Below are positions 6,810 to 16,279 of a DNA stretch of 64,000 nucleotides, piece by piece. This stretch comes from an uncultured Actinomycetota bacterium (GTDB lineage Bacteria > Actinomycetota > Actinomycetes > JAHEKZ01), in NCBI GenBank assembly GCA_963718235.1, contig CAVQYR010000001.1, positions 1,568,001 to 1,632,000 of the forward strand, in the 5' to 3' direction. The translations under genes and the position numbers were made by a program. Numbering within the stretch: position 1 is the first letter of the stretch; the number at the start of each line of letters is the position of its first letter. Below the pieces are notes generated by a model. It worked only from the letters and a program-made list of their open reading frames with translations, was not told where the DNA came from and made no database searches.

Positions 6810-9245
6810 CTAGGCGCGTCCACGCACTCCCGGACGCCCTCGGGCGAAGACGCTGGCAAGCCGTTGCGACGCCCTGCTGGCCAGGCCCTCCAGTCGCTGA
6901 CCGGCCCGACCCCAACGCAGCTGCAGCCGTTGCCGGGCCGAGACCGGCCACCAGGTGGCGCGCCTGAGGGCGCGCGGCGATGCGGACCGGAGCAGGGTCG
7001 AGGTGACCCGGTCGGCGTCACCCCAGACCTCGACGTCTCCGCTGGACGGGTGGGCCCCGGCATAACGGGTCCGCTCGAGAGCGGTCGTCAGGCGGTTCAG
7101 CGCGGCCACGTCGTCGGCGGAGAGGTCGCCGCGGCGACTCAGCCGCTGCCGCACGTCGCGCACCGTGTCCCACGGGTGTGACTGCAGGTCGAGGTCGGTC
7201 ATCGTGTCCCGGATCTCGGCCCAGGCGGCCTCCAACGAGGCTTCGGCACCGAGGGCCCGACGTCGCCGGCGCCGGAGGAGCCAACGCTCGGCGGCCGGGG
7301 TCAGGGCGAGCAGCCCGCCGACCGCACCCAGGAGCAGGACACCGACCCACCACCACGACTTCGCCGTGTCGGCGACGCTGGGCGTGGTCGTCCTCAACAC
7401 GTCGGTGGCCGCCTCCCCACGGCGCCGCAGAGCCTCGTCACTGAGCTGGGGGACCTGCTGGGGCACGTCGACCGACGGGTTGCGCCCGGGCCGGTCGGTG
7501 CCTCCGGGGCCGCCGCCTCCTGGCCGTTCGGAGTCGGTCAGGGGAGGCGGCGCCCAGGCCGGAGCCGCGTTTCCGTCTCCGCCCCCGGGGGTCGGCTCGA
7601 ACCGCACCCAGCCCACGCCCTCGAACCACAGCTCGGGCCACGCGTGCGCGTCGTGGGCCGACACGCTCCACACGCCCTCGCCGACCGACGAGCCAGGGGT
7701 GAACCCGACCTGCACCCGCGACGGGATCCCTGCGACCCGGGCCATGAGTGCCATCGTGGCCGCGAACTGCTCGCAGTACCCGACCTGGTCGGACAGGAAC
7801 GCCTCCAGGTCCGAGACCGAGTTTCCGGGTCGGGTCTCCAGCGAGTAGGTGAAGGACTCCCGGAACCACGACTGGATGGCCAGCGCCTTCGCGTAGTCCG
7901 AGGGTGCTCCCGACGTGACCTCGGCAACGGTGGGAGTGAGCACCGCGGTCACGTCGTCAGGCACGGCGAGCATCGGGTCGAGCAGGGCCGAGGGCGGGGC
8001 CGCAGCCTCGAGCTGGGCTGCTGTGGGCTCGACGTCCAGACTGGACGCCTGGTACGTCAGGCCGACCGTCGACCCGTTTGCGGTGGCGGAGAACACGTCG
8101 AAGGTCTCGGCATCCCAACGCCAGTCGCCATCGACCTCGACCCGGGTCACTGGGTAGGGAAGGGGGAGCCGCACGTCGTTGAGGGCGGTCACGGCGAAGT
8201 CGGTCTCGACCGGTGTCCGGGCGACCTCGGTGAGCAGGCCGGGCGGTGTGGGCAGGCCGTCACTGGCCTGCTGGCTGGCTGGGGCCGCGACATCGGCCAG
8301 CACCCAGGAGGTGCCGTCGAAGCGGTCCAGCGTGGCCAGGCGCAGGTAGGACGGCGTCGGGTCGTCGGTCGTGTAGCGCAGGAGCTCGATGTCCTGCCCT
8401 CGGCTGATGTCGCGCTTGAGGTCGACGATCGGGTTCACCGCCACCGCCCGACGAAGCGAGCTCGGTCCGCCCCCTTCGCCGTCCGAACCGGCACCGCTGC
8501 CCAGGATCCCCTCGGAGAAGGCCGGCAGCAGGATCGGGACGCCGACCGCGACCACGAGCGCCATCGCGCCGAGGCGCCGGCCGGTCCCGCCGACCTGGAG
8601 TGGCGCGGGCTGCATGGGGTCACCGGCCCGCAGTGAGAGCGTGCGCCCCCATCGACCGAGCCGGTCTCGGCTCTCGACCAGGAGGAGCATCAGCCAGCCG
8701 ATCGCGCTGATCACGAACAGGGGCCAAGGGACACCGTCGGGAAGCACGGCGGCCGGGACGAGGTACAGGCTCAGCAACGGGATGCCGGCGAGACCGGCTC
8801 GCCGCCACGACACCGCCAGCGCATCGACGACGACCGCCACGACCGCGACCCCGGCGACGACGAGCAAGGTCGTGCCCTCGGTCGCGGAGACTGGCGGGGC
8901 CTCGGCCCACACCACGCGCGTTCCCTCGCGGACCAGGTCGGACAGGGCGGCCCAGGCGCCCGTCCCGGGAAGCACACCCCACACTGCGACGTCACGCACG
9001 AACAGCCAGGTGAGGCTCAGCAGGGCCGTGCCGGTCGTGGCGAGGGTGACGACGGTGCGCGGGAGGCCGAGCTGCCGACCGAGGCCCCCGACGACGGCCA
9101 CAGCGACGATCACGATGATGCTCCGCCCCAGCCAGGATCCGGCTTCGATGGTGGGGGACACCGACAACGCGGCCAGGAAAGTTGCCAGCGCGGCTGCGCC
9201 GGTGAGCTGCCACTGGACCCCGAGCGGGGTGCGCCGCCGGCTCAC
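6810..9245 (-). CDS. Multi-pass membrane transglutaminase-like protein (DUF3488/TgpA type)
   Basis: N-terminal TM helices; GYCEQFA, RVQVGF, HAWPELWF...GWVRFEPT; LERTRYA in the C-terminal domain. Confidence 0.9.
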   Translation of the reverse strand: MSRRRTPLGVQWQLTGAAALATFLAALSVSPTIEAGSWLGRSIIVIVAVAVVGGLGRQLGLPRTVVTLATTGTALLSLTWLFVRDVAVWGVLPGTGAWAALSDLVREGTRVVWAEAPPVSATEGTTLLVVAGVAVVAVVVDALAVSWRRAGLAGIPLLSLYLVPAAVLPDGVPWPLFVISAIGWLMLLLVESRDRLGRWGRTLSLRAGDPMQPAPLQVGGTGRRLGAMALVVAVGVPILLPAFSEGILGSGAGSDGEGGGPSSLRRAVAVNPIVDLKRDISRGQDIELLRYTTDDPTPSYLRLATLDRFDGTSWVLADVAAPASQQASDGLPTPPGLLTEVARTPVETDFAVTALNDVRLPLPYPVTRVEVDGDWRWDAETFDVFSATANGSTVGLTYQASSLDVEPTAAQLEAAAPPSALLDPMLAVPDDVTAVLTPTVAEVTSGAPSDYAKALAIQSWFRESFTYSLETRPGNSVSDLEAFLSDQVGYCEQFAATMALMARVAGIPSRVQVGFTPGSSVGEGVWSVSAHDAHAWPELWFEGVGWVRFEPTPGGGDGNAAPAWAPPPLTDSERPGGGGPGGTDRPGRNPSVDVPQQVPQLSDEALRRRGEAATDVLRTTTPSVADTAKSWWWVGVLLLGAVGGLLALTPAAERWLLRRRRRRALGAEASLEAAWAEIRDTMTDLDLQSHPWDTVRDVRQRLSRRGDLSADDVAALNRLTTALERTRYAGAHPSSGDVEVWGDADRVTSTLLRSASPRALRRATWWPVSARQRLQLRWGRAGQRLEGLASRASQRLASVFARGRPGVRGRA

Positions 9246-10537
9246 GAGGCCGCGCCCGTCGTGCGCAGCGGACCACGGTCCTGGAAGGCGGACTGCTTCC
9301 AGGCCTCGGCGAGGGGTTGGCCTCGTTCGAGGGCAACGACGCGCCAGCCGGAGACGCGCAGCAGGTCCGCCGCCTCTCGTGACTGTTCCTGCAGCAGGAG
9401 CTCAGTGGCTTCGCCGCGGCCCTGCCACCCCGAGACGTCGAGCAGGACCGCGATCGTGGTTCCCATGCCGTGGCGTGCACGCACGAGCCGCTCCGCATCG
9501 GCGACGTCGACGTGGCCGAGGATGGCCACCATCAAGGAGTCACCGTCGTGTCGGGCTGCCGTGGCCAGCCCCTCGAGCGTGTCGCTCGTGCGGCTGGACA
9601 CCACGGACAGCGCGTCCAGGAGAAGCCCCTCGTTGTCGCCCCCGTGGGTGGCCGGCTGGTGTCCCGTGCTGCTGACGCCGGGACCGGAGGCCGCGACCAG
9701 TCGGACGGTGAAGCCCCGGCGGCCGAGGTGGACGCCGACCGAGGCGGCAGCGCTGACCGCTCGCTCGAAGCTGCTGTCCATGCCACGACCCCGGTGAGCC
9801 AGGGCCCGGGTGTCGAGCAGCACCGCGCTTCGGGACTCCCAGGGCTGCTCCTCGCGGCGCACCATCAGCTGGCCGTGTCGGGCGGTCGACGGCCAGTGGA
9901 CGCGTCGCAGCTCGTCGCCTCTGCGGTAGTCGCGCACAGCGATGTCGTCCTCGCCAGCCGCCGCCACAGAGCGGGCTCGGCTGTCGCCGTGGCCGCTCCA
10001 GTCACCGGACAGCGACATCGGGGGGAGCTGCTCGACGGCGGGGGTGACCACCAAGGCATCGCGTTGGCTGAACGACCGGTCGAGGGCGCACAGCCCGAAC
10101 GGGTCGGCCACCCGCAGGACGAGCGGTCCCACCATGAAGCGGCCACGCACGTCGGAGCGGACGTCGTAGGAGACGTCGCGGTGACTGCGTGGAGCGAGTC
10201 GGTCGATGACGAACCGAGGGCGCGCCCCGAGCTCGAGCGGCACTCGGTCCTCGACCAGCAGGAGGCCAGTGGGCAGCGCGGCGACGTTCTTCAGACGCAG
10301 CACGATCCGGCTCGCGTCGCCCACCGGGATCCTGGACGGTTCGATCGTGCGGGTGCAGGCGAGGCGGAAGCGGGTGCGGGACACGCTGAGCGCGGCGAGC
10401 AGCGGCAGGGCGGCAACGAGCAGCCCGACCCGCAGGATGTCGCGCTGACCGAAGGCAAGCGACATCAGCGCCGCGGTGACTCCCGCGGTCAGGAACGTGC
10501 GACCGCGGTTGGTCAGGGAGGACAGCGCTGATCGCAT
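9242..10537 (-). CDS. DUF58 domain protein
   Basis: DPFGL, VRDYRRGDELRRVHWPSTARHGQLMVRREE, FERAVSAAAS; 4-nt overlap with the next gene. Confidence 0.9.
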   Translation of the reverse strand: MRSALSSLTNRGRTFLTAGVTAALMSLAFGQRDILRVGLLVAALPLLAALSVSRTRFRLACTRTIEPSRIPVGDASRIVLRLKNVAALPTGLLLVEDRVPLELGARPRFVIDRLAPRSHRDVSYDVRSDVRGRFMVGPLVLRVADPFGLCALDRSFSQRDALVVTPAVEQLPPMSLSGDWSGHGDSRARSVAAAGEDDIAVRDYRRGDELRRVHWPSTARHGQLMVRREEQPWESRSAVLLDTRALAHRGRGMDSSFERAVSAAASVGVHLGRRGFTVRLVAASGPGVSSTGHQPATHGGDNEGLLLDALSVVSSRTSDTLEGLATAARHDGDSLMVAILGHVDVADAERLVRARHGMGTTIAVLLDVSGWQGRGEATELLLQEQSREAADLLRVSGWRVVALERGQPLAEAWKQSAFQDRGPLRTTGAAS

Positions 10538-10546
10538 GGCCGTGGG

Positions 10547-11566
10547 TCAGCCGCCGGGAATGGAGGTGGAGGCGACGATCCGCTCGACGACCTGCTCTGG
10601 TGTGCGACGGGCGATCTGTGCCTCGGCCGTGGGCAGGAGTCGGTGGGCCAGGACGGAGACCGCCAGGGCCCGTACGTCGTCAGGAACCACGAAGTCGCGT
10701 CCGTCGAGGGCCGCCGCCGCCTTGGCGGCTCGGACCAGCTGCAGGGTGGCCCGAGGCGATGCGCCGAGTCGCAGGTCGACCGAGGTGCGGGTCCCCTCCA
10801 CCAGCGCGATGGCGTAGCTCAAGACGTCGTCGCTGACGTAGACGTCGCGGACGACCCTGATCGCTGCCATGACGTCCTGGGCGGTCGCCACGGCCTGCAG
10901 GTCCTCCAGCGGCCGTCCGCTTGTGTGGTGCTGCAGCATGGTGAGCTCGGCCGCCGCCTCGGGGTAGCCCATCGAGATGCGGGCCATGAACCGGTCGCGC
11001 TGGGCCTCGGGCAGCGGGTACGTCCCCTCCATCTCGATCGGGTTCTGTGTTGCGACGACCATGAACGGGGACGGCAGGTCGTAGGTCGTTCCGTCGACGG
11101 TGACCTGGTGCTCCTCCATCGCCTCCAGCAGTGCCGACTGGGTCTTCGGCGACGCTCGGTTGATCTCGTCGCCGATCACGACGTGGGCGAACACCGCCCC
11201 AGGACGGAACTCGAAGGTCAGCGCCTGCTGGTTGTAGACGCTCACCCCAGTGATGTCGCTGGGCAGGAGGTCGGGGGTGAACTGGATTCGGCGCACCGTG
11301 CAGTCGAGGGCGCGGGCCAGCGCCTTGGCCAGCATGGTCTTGCCGACACCGGGGACGTCCTCGATCAGCAGGTGTCCCTCGGCCAGGAGCACGGTCAGGG
11401 TCAGCCGCACGACGTCCGGCTTGCCCTCGATCACCGACTCGACGGCAGCCCGGATGTCGTGTGCCGAGCGGCCGATTCCGGGGTCGGCGGCCGGCGGTCG
11501 ACCGAGGGTCGAGACCTCCGGCGGGCCGTCGTCGGCGGCGCGCGCCCCGGTCTCGGTCGTGGTCAC
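10547..11566 (-). CDS. MoxR family AAA+ ATPase
   Basis: HLLIEDVPGVGKT, RIQFTPDLLPSD, DEINRASPKTQSALLEAMEE, ATQNPIEMEGTYPLPEAQRDRF; GTG at 11566 with GGAGG RBS (the ORF-track start at 12118 is too long). Confidence 0.93.
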   Translation of the reverse strand: MTTTETGARAADDGPPEVSTLGRPPAADPGIGRSAHDIRAAVESVIEGKPDVVRLTLTVLLAEGHLLIEDVPGVGKTMLAKALARALDCTVRRIQFTPDLLPSDITGVSVYNQQALTFEFRPGAVFAHVVIGDEINRASPKTQSALLEAMEEHQVTVDGTTYDLPSPFMVVATQNPIEMEGTYPLPEAQRDRFMARISMGYPEAAAELTMLQHHTSGRPLEDLQAVATAQDVMAAIRVVRDVYVSDDVLSYAIALVEGTRTSVDLRLGASPRATLQLVRAAKAAAALDGRDFVVPDDVRALAVSVLAHRLLPTAEAQIARRTPEQVVERIVASTSIPGG

Positions 11567-11853
11567 CTGGAACCTCCGGCTCGAACGTGCAGGGCGCGCC
11601 CCTGTCTGATCCAGACGCGTGGTGCACAGCCTAGGTTCCCCCAGCGGATTGCGGGTCGTCCGCACCACATCGCTCCACCCGGCGCCCGGCCGTCGCCCGG
11701 CGGGTCGGGGTCGTGGCCGCACGGCTGCCTGATCACGGCTCGTCCGGTCCGTCGGCAGGCAGGCGCGGGTCGTGCGGGCAGCCGTTGCCCCACCTTCCTC
11801 CACCCCGTTGACCTGCGCGGTCATCGCCAGATAAGGGCTGGACACGCCCGATT

Positions 11854-11887
11854 GTGGTTGACGGTGGGGGAAAGTGGAGTACTGTGG
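11854..11887 (+). promoter_or_regulatory. MraZ-binding direct repeats
   Basis: GTGG at 11854, 11864, 11874 and 11884, an exact 10-bp period, upstream of mraZ. Confidence 0.82.
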
Positions 11888-11930
11888 CGCAGCACGGAGC
11901 ACCCGGGTCGGACGAAGGGGAGGTGGGGAC

Positions 11931-12362
11931 GTGTTCCTCGGCACCCACCAGCCCCGGTTGGACGACAAGGGACGGTTGTTCCTCCCGGCGAAGTTCCGCG
12001 AGCTGCTGGCCGGCGGCGTGGTGATCACCAAGGGGCAGGAGCACTGCCTGTTCGTGTTCCCCCGCGAGGAGTTCGCCCGGATCACTGCCGCCATGCGCGC
12101 CGCGCCCCTGTCGAACAAGGAGGCCCGCGACTACATCCGGGTCTTCCTCTCCGGCGCCTCCGACGAGGTTCCGGACCGGCAGGGCCGGATCACGGTCCCG
12201 GCGCCCCTTCGCGCGTACGCGCGGCTGTCCAAGGACTGTGTGGTGATCGGGATGGGATCGCGGGTCGAGATCTGGGACGCCGCCGCGTGGGCCGACTACC
12301 TCGCAGCCAACGAAGGCACCTTCGCCGAGCTGAGCGAGGAGGTGCTGCCCGGGCTCTTGTGA
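11931..12362 (+). CDS. mraZ: Division/cell wall cluster transcriptional repressor MraZ
   Basis: [22 protein letters not shown] and DRQGRI motifs, 143 aa, GGAGG RBS. Confidence 0.95.
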   Translation: MFLGTHQPRLDDKGRLFLPAKFRELLAGGVVITKGQEHCLFVFPREEFARITAAMRAAPLSNKEARDYIRVFLSGASDEVPDRQGRITVPAPLRAYARLSKDCVVIGMGSRVEIWDAAAWADYLAANEGTFAELSEEVLPGLL

Positions 12363-12363
12363 C

Positions 12364-12488
12364 GAGACCTTCAGTGAGGTCTCCACCCGCTCCGTGTCGT
12401 GCTGACGCACCTTCCCCGGCGCCAGACCGACAGCTCCCCTTTCCAGGGCCCCTTCGAGGGAGCGGATGGAGACCTGAGTGAAGGACTC
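12364..12488 (+). ncRNA. mraW RNA motif (cis-acting hairpin)
   Basis: aggtctccacccgctcc (12377-12393) pairs with ggagcggatggagacct (12459-12475); apical stem ctgacgc/gcgccag closes a loop containing CTTCCCC (12411-12417); lies between mraZ and rsmH as expected for this actinobacterial motif. Confidence 0.8.
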
Positions 12489-12509
12489 CCAGCACCTGAC
12501 CACCCACAG

Positions 12510-12545
12510 ACCAGCACCAGCACCAGCGCCAGCACCAGCACCAGC
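12510..12545 (+). repeat. Hexamer repeat (ACCAGC) x6
   Basis: accagc x3, gccagc, accagc x2. Confidence 0.85.
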
Positions 12546-12596
12546 ACCGAGCGCGAGCTCGGTTCGCCGCACCGGTCGTAGCGAAGAAGGGTCGAG

Positions 12597-12761
12597 ATGA
12601 GCAGTACGCGCAGCCCGCACACCCACGTGCGCCGTTCGTCTGATCGTTCCCTCGCGCGTCCCCATCACGCGGCCCACCACGTGGCACTCGTGGTGCTGGC
12701 CCTGGCCTCGACGGTGGCCGTGGTCGCGCTGACCAGCACGCTCGTGGCCCGGTTCGGCTAG
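12597..12761 (+). CDS. 54-aa single-pass membrane protein (not in the ORF track)
   Basis: [54 protein letters not shown]; purine-rich RBS gaagaaggg; stop 7 nt before the rsmH ATG. Confidence 0.65.
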   Translation: MSSTRSPHTHVRRSSDRSLARPHHAAHHVALVVLALASTVAVVALTSTLVARFG

Positions 12762-12768
12762 GCCCACC

Positions 12769-13746
12769 ATGTCACCGTCGTCACCGTCGTCACCGCCCAC
12801 GCCCCGGCACGTCCCGGTGCTGCGTGACCGGCTGGTGGCCCTGCTCGGGCCGGCGCTGGAGCGGCCCGGGTCGGTGCTCGTGGATGCGACGCTGGGACTC
12901 GGTGGTCACAGCGAGGCGTTCCTCCAGCACTTCCCCGGGCTGAGGCTGGTCGGGCTGGATCGCGACCAGGAGGCGTTGGACTTCTCCGTCGGTCGCCTGG
13001 CCGCCTACGCCGACCGGACGACGTTCGTGCACGCGGTGTACGACGAGCTGCCCGACGTCCTGGACGAGCTGGGCCTCGGTGGGGTCCAGGCCGTGCTGTT
13101 CGACCTGGGGGTCTCCTCGCTGCAGCTGGACGCCCGCGAGCGAGGCTTCGCCTACGCCCAGGACGCTCCGCTCGACATGCGCATGGACCAGTCGGCGGGG
13201 CTGACCGCCGCGGAGGTGCTGAACACCTACGACGCGGCCACACTGGCCGACATCCTGCGTCGCTACGGCGAGGAACGGTTCGCCCGCAAAATCGCGGCGG
13301 CCGTCGTCCGGGAGCGGGCCGCGGAGCCGTTCGCGTCCTCCGGTCGTCTGGTGGAGCTGCTGCGTCGCGAGATCCCGGCGCCCGCCCGGCGCACCGGTGG
13401 ACACCCGGCCAAGCGCACCTTCCAGGCCCTGCGGATCGAGGTCAACGGCGAGCTCGCTGCCTGGGAGCGTGCGCTGCCCGAGGCGGTGGCCGCGCTCGCC
13501 CTGCACGGGCGAATCGCAGTGCTGTCCTACCACTCCCTGGAGGACCGGATCACCAAGCAGTGCCTGGCGTCGCTCGCTGCGGACACCACCCCGCGTGGGC
13601 TCCCGGTTGTGCCTGAGGGTCATGGGCCGCAGCTTCGGCTGCTGACCCGAGGCGCCGAGCGTCCAGACGACGAGGAGAGCGCGGCCAACCCTCGCGCGAC
13701 GTCGGCCCGGCTGCGGGCCGCCGAGCGGATCCGGAGTGCGGCATGA
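12769..13746 (+). CDS. rsmH: 16S rRNA m4C1402 methyltransferase RsmH (MraW)
   Basis: [47 protein letters not shown]. Confidence 0.96.
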   Translation: MSPSSPSSPPTPRHVPVLRDRLVALLGPALERPGSVLVDATLGLGGHSEAFLQHFPGLRLVGLDRDQEALDFSVGRLAAYADRTTFVHAVYDELPDVLDELGLGGVQAVLFDLGVSSLQLDARERGFAYAQDAPLDMRMDQSAGLTAAEVLNTYDAATLADILRRYGEERFARKIAAAVVRERAAEPFASSGRLVELLRREIPAPARRTGGHPAKRTFQALRIEVNGELAAWERALPEAVAALALHGRIAVLSYHSLEDRITKQCLASLAADTTPRGLPVVPEGHGPQLRLLTRGAERPDDEESAANPRATSARLRAAERIRSAA

Positions 13747-14399
13747 GCGTCACAGCCCCCGTCCGCCGTCCCGCCCCCGACCGGCGAGGCGCCCCGACCG
13801 AGGCGCGCCGAGCCTCCGCCGGCCCACGACGCCCCCTGCAGGTCGTCGTCCCCAGTGCCCCCGCCCCACGGCGCACACCGTTCGTCGGTGTCGTGGTCGG
13901 CGTGCTCGGGCTCGGCCTGCTGGGGCTCCTCGCGCTGAACACCGCGCTCGCCCAGGGTGCCTTCCACCAGCACGACCTCGAGCGACAGCTGGCCGTGCTG
14001 CAGGACGAGGAGCAGGCGCTGCAGCAGCGGGTCGCGGCGCTCGCTGCCCCGCACCGGCTGGCCTCCCAGGCGCACGCGCTGGGCATGGTGGCCACGGTCG
14101 ACCCGGCCTTCCTGAGGGCAAGCGACGGAGCCGTCCTGGGTGAGCCCACCCCCGCCCCGGCGGCACCGGTCGTCGTGGCACCGGAGCCGACGCCGTCGCC
14201 TGACTCCAGGGTCAACGACCCGCGGGGGAGCACGGCCGACAGCGGGCCCGGGTCGACGCCCGCGGATCCGACGGGCGACACCCCGGCGAGCCAGACCGGA
14301 CCCGGCGAGGGCACCCGGCAGGATCGTCCGGGCCAGCAGCAGGACACCGCGCAGGGGAGTCCGCAGGACACCGAACCGGGTACGGGGGGTCAGAGGTAG
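13743..14399 (+). CDS. ftsL: Cell division protein FtsL-like
   Basis: Lies between rsmH and ftsI; basic N-terminus, one TM helix, coiled coil, long Pro/Gly-rich tail. Confidence 0.75.
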   Translation: MSVTAPVRRPAPDRRGAPTEARRASAGPRRPLQVVVPSAPAPRRTPFVGVVVGVLGLGLLGLLALNTALAQGAFHQHDLERQLAVLQDEEQALQQRVAALAAPHRLASQAHALGMVATVDPAFLRASDGAVLGEPTPAPAAPVVVAPEPTPSPDSRVNDPRGSTADSGPGSTPADPTGDTPASQTGPGEGTRQDRPGQQQDTAQGSPQDTEPGTGGQR

Positions 14400-16258
14400 T
14401 GACGCGACGGCCACAGCGACCGTCTGCTCGACGGGGTGCTCCCGCTCCTGATTCCCGGCCCCGCCGCCCCGCGCGCGCTCGAGCGTCGGCCCCACCGCCC
14501 CGCCCGAGGCGAGCACCCCAACGGCCGCGACCACCGCGCCGGCAGGTCCCGCTCGGCGACTCCCGTCGCCGGATGCGAGCTGTCGCGCTCATCGTCTTCT
14601 TCGTCATGTCGTTGTTCGCCGGACGCCTGGTCCAGCTGCAGGGGATCGACGCCACCGCGTACGCAGCCACGGCGGAGGCCGAGCGGCTCCGGACGGTGAC
14701 CGTGGCCGCGACCCGCGGTGCGGTCACCGACGTGAACGGCGTCGTCCTGGCCACGTCGGTCGACGCGGTCAACATCACCGCCGACCAGACCCTCATCGCC
14801 GACCCCTATGCCGTGGCCAACGCCCTCGACCCCTTCCTGCGGGAGGACTCGATGACGTTGCAGGACCGGCTCAGTGGCGAGGCCAGGTTCGCCTACGTCT
14901 CGCGCCAGGTCTCGCCCGCGACCTGGCGCGAGGTGCAGCAGCTGCGCCTGCCGGGGATCTTCAGTGAGCCGACCAGCAAACGCGTGTACCCCCAGGGGAA
15001 CCTGGGCGCCAACGTCGTCGGGTTCGTGGGCTACGACGGGCACGGCCTCGGCGGGTACGAGGCGTCGTTGGACGACCTGCTCGCCGGGCGCGACGGGCAC
15101 GCGAGCTTCGAGGCGACGGCGGGGGGCCAGCCGATCCCGACGGCGGAGAGCGAGTCCGACCAGCCCGTCGCGGGCGCCGACGTCCAGCTCACGATCGACA
15201 GCGACATCCAGTTCATCGCCGAGCAGGCGATCGCGGCCAAGGTCCGTGCGTCCGGGGCCGAGAGCGGGTCGGTCGTCGTGATGGACCCGCGCACCGGGCG
15301 CGTGCTGGCGATGGCGACCTACCCCCGGTTCAACCCGGAGCACGCGGAGAAGGCACCGGAGGCCGACCGTGGCAACCGGATCGTCAGTGAGATCTACGAA
15401 CCGGGCAGCACCAGCAAGGTGATGACCATGGCCGCGGCGCTGGAGGAGGGTGCCATCACGCCGAACACCAAGGTCACGGTGCCTTCGGTGCTCTACCGGG
15501 GGGGTGAGCCGTTCTACGACCACGACTCCCACGGCACCCTGCGCCTGACCGCGACTGGGGTTCTGGCGGAGTCGAGCAACATGGGCACGATGCTCATCGC
15601 CGAACGCCTCGGTCGTGAGCCGCTCTACCGTGCGCTCAAGCGATTCGGCATCGCCGAGCCGAGCGGGCTGCGGTTCCCCGGGGAGAGCCCAGGACTGCTG
15701 CCGAACGTCGAGGCCTGGGGTCCGACCAACTTCGCCACGATCGCGTTCGGACAAGGGCTGTCGCTCAACGCGCTCCAGGCGACGAGCGTCTTCGCCACGA
15801 TCGCGAACGACGGGGTGCGCGTGGAGCCGGTCCTCGTCGACGGGACCGTGAACGATGATGGGACCCTCGAACCCGCCGCTGCGCCGCAGCAGCACCAGGT
15901 GGTGAGCGCGGAGACCGCCACGACGCTGCGTCACATGATGGAGTCGGTCGTGTCAGAGAACGGCACCGCGCCCATGGCGCAGATCCCCGGTTACCGCGTC
16001 GCGGGCAAGACCGGTACCGCAGAGCGGGTCGACCCCTCCTGCGGGTGCTACCGCGGGTACACCGCCTCGTTCATCGGCTTCGCACCGGCCGACGACCCGG
16101 CGCTCGTGGTGTCGGTGGCTCTCCAGCGTCCGGTGAACGGGCGCTATGGAGGAGAGCTCGGCGGTCCGGTGTTCAAGAGAGTCATGTCCTTCGCCCTTCA
16201 ATCGCAGGGGATCCCTCCTACCGGATCGAAGCCCCCGCGAATGAAGCTCAAGTGGTGA
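14399..16258 (+). CDS. ftsI: Division transpeptidase PBP3/FtsI
   Basis: EPGSTSK (SxxK), SSN (SxN), KTGT motifs; N-terminal TM. Confidence 0.93.
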   Translation: MTRRPQRPSARRGAPAPDSRPRRPARARASAPPPRPRRAPQRPRPPRRQVPLGDSRRRMRAVALIVFFVMSLFAGRLVQLQGIDATAYAATAEAERLRTVTVAATRGAVTDVNGVVLATSVDAVNITADQTLIADPYAVANALDPFLREDSMTLQDRLSGEARFAYVSRQVSPATWREVQQLRLPGIFSEPTSKRVYPQGNLGANVVGFVGYDGHGLGGYEASLDDLLAGRDGHASFEATAGGQPIPTAESESDQPVAGADVQLTIDSDIQFIAEQAIAAKVRASGAESGSVVVMDPRTGRVLAMATYPRFNPEHAEKAPEADRGNRIVSEIYEPGSTSKVMTMAAALEEGAITPNTKVTVPSVLYRGGEPFYDHDSHGTLRLTATGVLAESSNMGTMLIAERLGREPLYRALKRFGIAEPSGLRFPGESPGLLPNVEAWGPTNFATIAFGQGLSLNALQATSVFATIANDGVRVEPVLVDGTVNDDGTLEPAAAPQQHQVVSAETATTLRHMMESVVSENGTAPMAQIPGYRVAGKTGTAERVDPSCGCYRGYTASFIGFAPADDPALVVSVALQRPVNGRYGGELGGPVFKRVMSFALQSQGIPPTGSKPPRMKLKW

Positions 16259-16279
16259 GCTGAGGCGGAGGAGCACACG

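Noticed and set aside
11567-12118. N-terminal extension of MoxR in the ORF track
   Set aside because: It overlaps mraZ and its operator; a GTG with a good RBS lies at 11566
12399-12581. 60-aa ORF over the mraW RNA and ACCAGC repeat
   Set aside because: No RBS, and it coincides with the structured RNA and a simple repeat
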